Part shown: in pieces, positions 55,757 through 64,000 of the stretch
Layout of the letters: each line of letters starts with the position of its first letter
How positions within the stretch are numbered: the stretch's first letter is position 1
NCBI RefSeq assembly: GCF_000150275.1
Contig: NW_002060943.1
Span: 7,696,066-7,760,065, forward strand
DNA length: 64,000 bases
Reading direction: 5' to 3'
Source of the DNA: Trichoplax adhaerens
Lineage: Eukaryota; Animalia; Placozoa
The notes under the pieces: generated by a model
What the model saw: the letters and a program-made list of their open reading frames with translations, nothing else
The model's database searches: none
Told to the model about the DNA's origin: nothing
Made by a program: the position numbers and the translations under genes

Positions 55757-57736
55757 GTTGTCATCAATACCAAATAGCGTCCAACCAATGTCAGATCCTG
55801 TACAACATTCTAATTGTAGGTATTCTGCCCAATGATCGGGTTCAGAAAAGCTGCAGTAACCAAATTTCAACTTTATCAGCCAATACTTGATAAAACCGAA
55901 GATATTTAAGATGATGGCGAGGTACTAGTATATCAAAATTCAATGAGATGTGCAATTTGACTAAATTGAGAGAGAAAACTTTCAGTGAAATTTTTGGCAA
56001 TGTTTTCAGCTTTACAGTATAGTACAGTGTACAAGGATACTCAGTAGTACAGTACTGTACTGTGGCGCAGCTGTAACGGATTGACGGCACTGTACTGAGT
56101 CTACTGTATAGAATTTTTTAAAATTGCCCGCGCTGCTAACCGCTTCAGCCCTAAAAGTAACTCATACAGTATCATGTCATGGTCTTCTTGCAGTCTGCAC
56201 AGTGTACAGTGTACAGTACTGTGGGTTGAGTTAGTACCGTACTGTACACATACAATGTACTGTACTGTACTGTACAGTGTACAGTACTGTAGAGTACAGA
56301 CTCACCATTGAAAGTTCGTACAGTACTGTACAGTACTGTACACTGTACTGTACAGTACAGACAGTACTGTATTGGAGTCTCTCAATTACTGTAGCAAACT
56401 GTACTCAGAACTGCAAGGGTTAGACTCAGTGTTAGTTCATATTGTATGTTACGGGTTGTTTATTACAGTACTTTGCGCTATTTTACAAGCTACAGTTTAA
56501 AGCGTACAGTACAATTGAAGATACATGTGTGTACTGTATGGTGATAAAGGACTCATTGGTGTACAGTAGATGAATTTACTTTTGCAGTGTTTCATTTGTT
56601 AAAGAGAATTCAAAACTTTGTTCTGTGTAGAATGAGATACAAAATTTTTAGACACTTTAGTGGAGCTTTGACTTTTCCATATCCCACTCACCCACCCTTG
56701 AAACGAGCAGCGCGGGGGTATTTATACTGTACTGTACTCAGTAGACCTGTCAGAGGTTCGGTTCGGTTCTACAGTACTACAATACAGTACAGTACTGTAG
56801 TAAAAGTACTGTACGCTACAGTACTTTTGTACAGCATACAGTACTGTACACGGTATAAAGTCACTGAACCTCTGGCATGTCTATCAAATGGTAATACTAT
56901 CTGTTAATTATAAACAAACCCTCACATTATCGTAAACCGTCAGCAAAGCGACGGGAGTTTGCACTAGTACTGATTGAATCAAATGGCGACGAATGGGAAC
57001 TGAAACGGTGCTTATGGACAGTAGATGGGTATTTGTACTGAACCGGTTACGAAAATGGTTAACCGATTAGTTCAATAGTGAACTGGTCCTATGTTTGGAT
57101 GCAGTGAATTATTTTACTCATTACACTGTACCAAGTCCGATATGAAGTGGTATTGTCTATAGTATATTCAACTCTGAGGTCTAGTGTGCAGTACTGTACA
57201 GCAAGATTCACTTCGGTGGCACTAAGGAAAATAAACTGTGTATGCCGAATGAAGCCCAAAGTACGGACATCCTTCTACCTGTACATATCGATTTTGAACT
57301 GGAATGTTCACCCATTGCAACTTTCAGTTTTCGACGCCATCTTGTCATCCAAGCTAGTCGTACAGTACATACTGTACAGTACAGTACTTTATTTGGAAAT
57401 TTACAGTGTACAGTACAGGACTGGTCGTAAAAGAAATACTGTACTGTACTGTACAGTACTGTACTGCCTGACCAGTTTTCTACAGTACAGTACTGTACTC
57501 TATCTAGTACAGTATATTATACTGTACTTGTACAGTACAATATAGTAGAGACCTACTGTACTGTAGTTGACCCCTACAGCGAATGCAGGCGTGCCCTTGA
57601 GGCTTTCTTTCATATTGAATCATAATAGCCGTTTACAGACTGTCTGTACACTACTGTAAATTACAGCTCCATCGATTCCTCCTCCAGCCGGAGCAATCAA
57701 GTTGGCGTAAAACATCGTGGAAAAGATTGAAGTAAA
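55757..57736. promoter_or_regulatory. Head-to-head (bidirectional) promoter region of CEP295 and the ABCC gene
   Basis: Divergent ATGs at 55756 (-) and 57737 (+); YY1-like AAATGGCG near 56981 and CGCCATCTT near 57334; densest TACAGTA/TACTGTA arrays in the window. Confidence 0.6.
56742..56883. mobile_element. MITE-like element with 21-bp imperfect TIRs
   Basis: TAGACCTGTCAGAGGTTCGGT ... ACTGAACCTCTGGCATGTCTA; the left end recurs at 4379; no target-site duplication recognisable. Confidence 0.6.
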
Positions 57737-60700
57737 ATGACATACTCTGATGATGAGGCTCCAAGGTAATGCAACCAGTATTGCATGATCCGATATTAAT
57801 GCATTTCTTGAACTGAAATACTGGCTGAAGATATTTGGATGCACTCGTATCATGTTAAGCTACATTAAGTGGGGGTCCACTATCGCACAGCAGTGTAAAG
57901 TCAATTTTTAATTTCCAATCATGATCAGCTAAAATTCATAACTTGTTAGCAGTGGAACTACAGTCAAATTTTGTGTACCACTTGTTTTCCATTCTAATTT
58001 TCCTGTTAGTGTACAAATTGAAGCTACATCTAGGGAATAAACTGGTTAGCCGGTTCCTTCACTATCAACTAGGTTATACTCGCACCGAGTTACAAGATGA
58101 AATGTGGACTGAATCAATCATCCATTTTAAAACATTGAATTCACTCTAATCATCTTTATCTTTCCACCATCATTTACTTCCAACTCTTGCATCAATTTAT
58201 ACCGGTGTGGATACAAATCGAGTAGATTGACTAGTCCATACAGTAGGTGTGCCTATCAACATACGCCAGGAAAATTTCATTCATCCAATAGCTATTAATT
58301 ATTATACTCGTATAGGGATAAAATAACAATAATAATAAGCCATCGCTTCGCATATCATAGTAACAAAACAGTCCTACAAATAACACTCGGAAAATTCATC
58401 GTGATATGCAATTTATTATCATAAAGGTACTACTAGACTGATTGAAATGCTGCCTTTTACTACTAGATAGTAAACTCAAGTTAAATTCATCTGGATCATT
58501 TTCATATATACTTCTACTTCTACAGTACATACAATAATTCATATCTATTACCTCTCCATCTCAATACATAGACAACTAATAGTACTGTATATATTTTAAT
58601 GTCATCGTAACTAGGCCACAGCTAGCACCCTATGTCAAAGCCAATATTCTATCGAAATTATCCATCTGGTGGGTTTCCAAATTAGTCATCACTGGATATA
58701 AGAAGCCCATTGACGCAAGTGATATTTGGCCATTGCCTGAAGAGGAATTAGTCCAAGCTAATTATGATACATTTGATAAATTATGGAATGAAGAATTAAA
58801 AACGCATGGAAAAGAAAAGGCATCCATAGCAAGGGTCTTCATTATTGCATTTCGCAAACGATTATTGTTGACTTTTCTTCTTTACTGTTTTGTAACCGCT
58901 TTAAGTATTGGTAGTTCGGTAAGTAAAGACTATGTGATATTGCTTAATTCATTATATCCTTTACGTCATAGCTTAATGTTTGCTATTTCTCATTACAAAA
59001 CTTTCGCGTCTACCTTGTGCGTAGGACTGTAAAACGAAAATTCAACTTATCATACTTTATCGTTAATGATGGAATTTTCGATCCCTCGCTCTTTCTACTT
59101 CACGTACTCTACTTGTACTTTTTACTTTACTGTACATGATTACTGTCGCTTCACACTGAGCATATTTATCTTTCAAGCAAATTTATGTTTTCCCCTTATT
59201 TCTATGAAAACAATCATCTTAAAGAGCGCTCTCTCTCTCTCTGTCTGTGTCATAACAGTTGCATACTTTTTTGCCATAACTCGAGCCTGTTACTTCTGTA
59301 GCGCGATACAGTACTAACTATACTGCATAAGCAAATATATCACCAATCATATGCTTAATTCAAGTCCTTATTTACCCCCATTTTCGCTAATTCGTACAGT
59401 GTATATGATATATATTTAAGTTAAAGTCCCAAATGCTGTTCTTATGCATAATAACCAGTTAGTATGTGCAGTATAATAGCTAGTCAAAAGTTTGTATATA
59501 CTCAATTAGTAGTCAATATTATACGCCTTGGATAGTAACCACCCCTAACTAAAGTTGCAAGCTTGAACCGGCTATTATAAAAGTGAAGTATACGAATACA
59601 TTAAACTAATCATTAAGTCCATAGGTGAAATTTAGGCTATTTTTTCATTAATTTTCTTACTCTTTTTCGATCTTTAGCCGGCTAATAAGCACAATAGCCT
59701 ATTTTAATATACTCTACAGTACAGTAATCAACCCTGTAAAAAAAACATTATGACAATCACTATTAGCTTGCTACCAAAAATGATAATTATGCAAAATCCT
59801 GATGATTGTAAACCTCTTCGTAAATAAAAATGATATTTAAGAGTTTAAGCTCAATCATAAGTATAAAAATAATTCTAAGAGTACCATCAAAATTACTATG
59901 ATTTTAGCTTATAGCCTTGGAGCTTATCAGGTTTTCAAGTGACATGGATGCTTTACCAAGCAAAGGATATCTACTGGTAAAAATTATACAAATAATGCTA
60001 TCACATAGCTATTCAAACTATTTGCATATTATGAAATATATTTATTACGGGTTAATCCTGATAATCCTGTATGGTATCAACGTATTTAAAAGTAAAATTA
60101 TACAAATAGTGCTATCTCATAGTTATTCCAATTATCTGCATAACATGAATTATTTTTATACGAGTATTTCCTGACAAACGTATGCAATATCTATATAAGA
60201 GTAAATTATACAAATAGTACTCTTATGATTATTCAAATTATTTGCACATTATGAAATATACTCGTATTTTGCAGACGAATGGTTTCTAATAAGTGTTACA
60301 GCATCCATTCAAGAGTAATAATGCTTGCATTAGTAATAGTATAGGTTGGAGGTATTCCATTCTTACTTATCCTATCCGTTTAAGTAGTAATGAGTTTCTT
60401 GTTCCTGTATAGTAGCCTCCATATACATTAAAAGTACCGCACGATAAGGTTTTAGTAAAGGTATGAAGTTGTATAATAAGGGGAGATAAATATGCTTTAT
60501 TAGGTTATAATTTATTAATAGCATCTTGTAGAATCTGGCCTCGTAGTATTTCGCGTAGATGTATAGTACTATTATTACCGGTATACTGTAAATTTTAATA
60601 GGATACAACTACTTCGGGGTCTTCACTTAGCTATAACGACGCAATTATTTCACAATCTTGCTCAGAAATAAGGTGATGATACATCTTATTATCCTTGCTA

Positions 60701-63700
60701 GGCATTCGGTCTGGTTGGTATAGAAATAACTCATAGCGTGTTTTACGGTTTTACATGGTACAGTAGTTACATTACTGGTATAAGAGCTAGATCGATGGCA
60801 TTCGGTTTGGTTTTTCACAAAATTGTACGATTACGAAGCGCTTCTACAAAATCAATGGGAGAAGTAAGTACAGTATAACAATTTCGATGCTATATTCCAT
60901 AATCGCCTTCTATATTTTTTTCTATCGCAGAAACCCGTTGTTGAGAATAAATAGCCTGTTGCATAAGTAGCTAATCATAATTTATTACCGTTTTATTAGT
61001 TAGTGAATATGTGTGCCAACGATGCTCAGCGTGTCTTCCTGTCAATGTTATTTTTTGGAATTAGTATCTGTGGGTTTGTGTTTTTGTTACAAGATTTTAG
61101 CTGCCCTTATTGTCTTCTACAAAGTTATTTTTAACCTTTTAATATTATTTTTAAAAATAACAGCAATACCTATCATTGCGATTGCATTATTCGCCGCAAT
61201 GATATATATTATCGGTCCTGTTTGTCTCGTTGCTGCTGGAGTATTTCTAGTTTCTATGATGTCGACGGTAATGTGTTTTTACTAGCTTGAAAATCTATGA
61301 TTCCTGTAAGTGTAACAAGACATAGCATGTGATACCGGATACGAATATTTTCTTTTACAGATATATTTTGGCAAATACATAAAAAAATTACGTTGTAAAT
61401 CGTTACTCTACGGAGATCAAAGGGTACATCTGAACTATTACAGATTATAATCATACGTATTCCCTTGCTGAGATTGTTTAATTACTATATTATGATCTAT
61501 TATATAAGGCTATGAATGCATGAAATTATATGTTATAACATTTCTCTTCAGGTCTTAAGTTTTTGGTAATAATCTATACTTAAAGTTAAATTATTCATAT
61601 TTACTCTCCGTTAATTAATTTTATCAATTTTAGGTACAACTAATAAGTGAAATTATCCGATGCATCAAATTAATCAAGATGTTTACTTGGGAATCTTCTT
61701 TTCAGTCTAGAGTTAATTGTAAGTTATAACATCGCGATATTGAGTTATTTTATTAATATAATATTTATCGAACTTTTTTTGTACAAAATGCCAAATAATA
61801 ATTAATGTTATCACATTAGCTTAAATCGCGTCGGAAATATGTGTTTATGTATTTATTTATTTATTTTTATTATATCACAATGGTTTAGTTCTCCGTAGCA
61901 AGGAAAGCAGGTGGCTAGAAAAAATCGGTTACATTTCACGTTTTACTGGCACATATATCGTGTTGGTACCTGCGGTAGCGATTTCTTTGACTTTTTTAAC
62001 TAACTCTCTACTTGGTTTACCGATGACATCAGCTAAGGTAAAGGAGCTGCTAGTAGTACTCATGATTTATTACCATAAATACTCGTATTTTGGAATATCA
62101 ACTACAATCAAGCTATAAACTGTTATAACTTAAGACTGTAACTGCTTCAAGCCGGATAATTTAATTTTTATTTTGCCTTACTTATCTTAGGCTTTTACGG
62201 TGATGCTCTTATTAAATGGTTTGAGACTGGTTATAGACATATTTCCTTTATTCGCGAGTCATTCGGCGGAAACACTTGTAGCTTTCCAGCGCTTTAAAGT
62301 AAGTTGTATTATTTGTTTTATGTGTCAAAAGCTTTTATAATCTTGTGATTGTTGCAACTACAGTATGTTTGCTAATCTTCAATAGTATTAAATTTTTATT
62401 GCATTGATTGAATTATACAATTTTTTACCCTTATGCATTATATTGCTGTACATTATAACCCGTTTTAGCTAACATAGCGTATCGTAACATAACATTTATT
62501 ACGAAGCTAATGCTATACTAGCGATATGGGCAAGCTATACTAATAATCTTTGGCCGCTGCTATTTATTTTACTATAGAAATTACTTCTTATGAACGAAAT
62601 CGAGGCTACCGGTCAAGTGTCATCTGACAGCGGATATGTTATATGTATTAAAGATGCAGAATTTATTTGGGAAAAGGTAAAGATAGATTTACGTCAATAT
62701 TAGCTAAACCTTAAGTATTTAATAGTTATAAATTTCAAATTAAATATATTCGTTCTACTATTAATTTAAATTTTGATAGGTTAATGAAGGTGTTGATGTG
62801 GGTGCTGATGGTATAGTGGATATACTTAATTTATCTTTAATACTTTTACACTCATTTCTTGATAAATATGAATTAATATACGGTATTATGATAAAAATCC
62901 ATTGTGTTACGTCACGTTTTAGTTAAGCATGCGAGATATACATGCATCCATGCTATAATATTTAGTCTACTAGTACGTTATTTATTATACGTATAGATTA
63001 TTGTATTTGAACTTAGTTTTTACTTAGAGTTGATGTTACTTTACTGAATTTAAATCTACGTATTCGAAAGTTAACTCCATTATTAACTCTTTCATTGGTC
63101 TGTTTTACAAAATAGTCTTTTCTTTGAAGAGTATAAACCTTGAAGTTCCAAAGGTCTGATAAATAATCTGTGAAAGTCTGTCTCATCATGTGTTGCTCAT
63201 AAACTGAGAATTGTCTTAATATGTTTACAATTTGATACGTATAAATAGGGTCAGGTATTAGGTGCCTGTGGTCGAGTTGGCAGTGGCAAATCTTCCTTGG
63301 TATCAGCAATACTCGGAGAAGTATGGAATAAAATGCCTAATATAGTCATACCTAATAGTATTGAACCAATATTCGTAACAATAGTTCGTTATTTGTAGTA
63401 CTCTTTCTATTTTCGATGTTTTTGCATATCCGGGTATGCGTATTCGAGGATATATACAACGCAGTAGAATCTGACATTCACGCCCGTAATATGGCTGATT
63501 TGATTGTTAAGCAATATCAAAAGCTGAAAAATAGTTATAAAGTGTTACATGTGATAGAGCAAATTGTTTATTCAGTAAATTATGACTTCCTTTTCTGTCA
63601 TGTTCGTAGATGATTTGTCGACGTGGAGAAATTCGAAGAGGAGATTCAATAGCGGTAGTCACTCAACAGGTTAAAACAAATATCAGTGGATCTAAATTTA

Positions 63701-64000
63701 GCACTGTGTCAATATTTTATACCTGAACACGTTATTTGAAATAAATTTGTATTTAAACAGCCTTGGATTTTTAATGAGACTTTGAGAGAAAATATTTTGT
63801 TTGGTAGTAAATATGATTCCAAGAGGTAAGCTTTTGCAGTGGGAACTGCTTGCAATAAATTATCAACGCTAGTAAATATGAATAAATAATGATACAGTAC
63901 TTGATTATGATATCTAACATACTCTGACTACTCCCTTAGATATTACGACGTTTTATCTGCGTGTTGTTTGACAGCCGATTTAAAATGTTTGATCGCTGGT
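57737..64000 (+). CDS. Short-type ABCC (MRP5/ABCC5-like) transporter, 5' part; continues past the window
   Basis: MTYSDDEAPR|PQLAPYVKANILSKLSIWWVSKL (lasso motif, no TMD0), LWNEELK, KSMGE|LVNMCANDAQR, IKLIKMFTWE, Walker A GRVGSGKSS (63249-63320), QQ|PWIFNETLRENILFG. Confidence 0.9.
59977..60260. repeat. Degenerate 3x ~110-115-bp intronic tandem repeat starting at a splice donor
   Basis: GTAAA(A)TTATACAAATA..TATTC.AA.TAT.TGCA recurs at 59977, 60092 and 60201. Confidence 0.75.

Noticed and set aside
41252-57545. Short ORFs rich in Y/C/T/V/Q/S (e.g. 41252, 41310, 42041-43019, 55842, 56587, 57147)
   Set aside because: They are translations of CAGTA/TACTG arrays, which are stop-poor; no protein-like signal.

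Overview
AT-rich, intron-dense animal genomic DNA. Short GT-AG introns, low GC and the gene set suggest a basal metazoan, most likely the placozoan Trichoplax (inference). I spliced eight protein genes by hand: three tetraspanin paralogs (one cut by the left edge, one complete on the minus strand, one on the plus strand with a 1-nt frameshift at an in-frame U_UUA_AAC slippery site), ECT2 (+), Discs large with L27-PDZ1-3-SH3-HOOK-GK (-), an intron-containing YfeX-like DyP peroxidase (+), CEP295 (-) and an ABCC5-like transporter (+, cut by the right edge). Non-coding features include a 6x~175-bp satellite, a 16-bp minisatellite, a 245-bp exact tandem duplication carrying CCCTAA repeats, and a small TIR element. 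The most striking signal is dense nested TA-CAG-TA / TA-CTG-TA arrays concentrated at promoters. These match Tc1/mariner excision footprints, and paralogous repeat copies at 41.5-41.7 kb show empty versus expanded TA sites. All homology calls are from motif recognition, not database searches.
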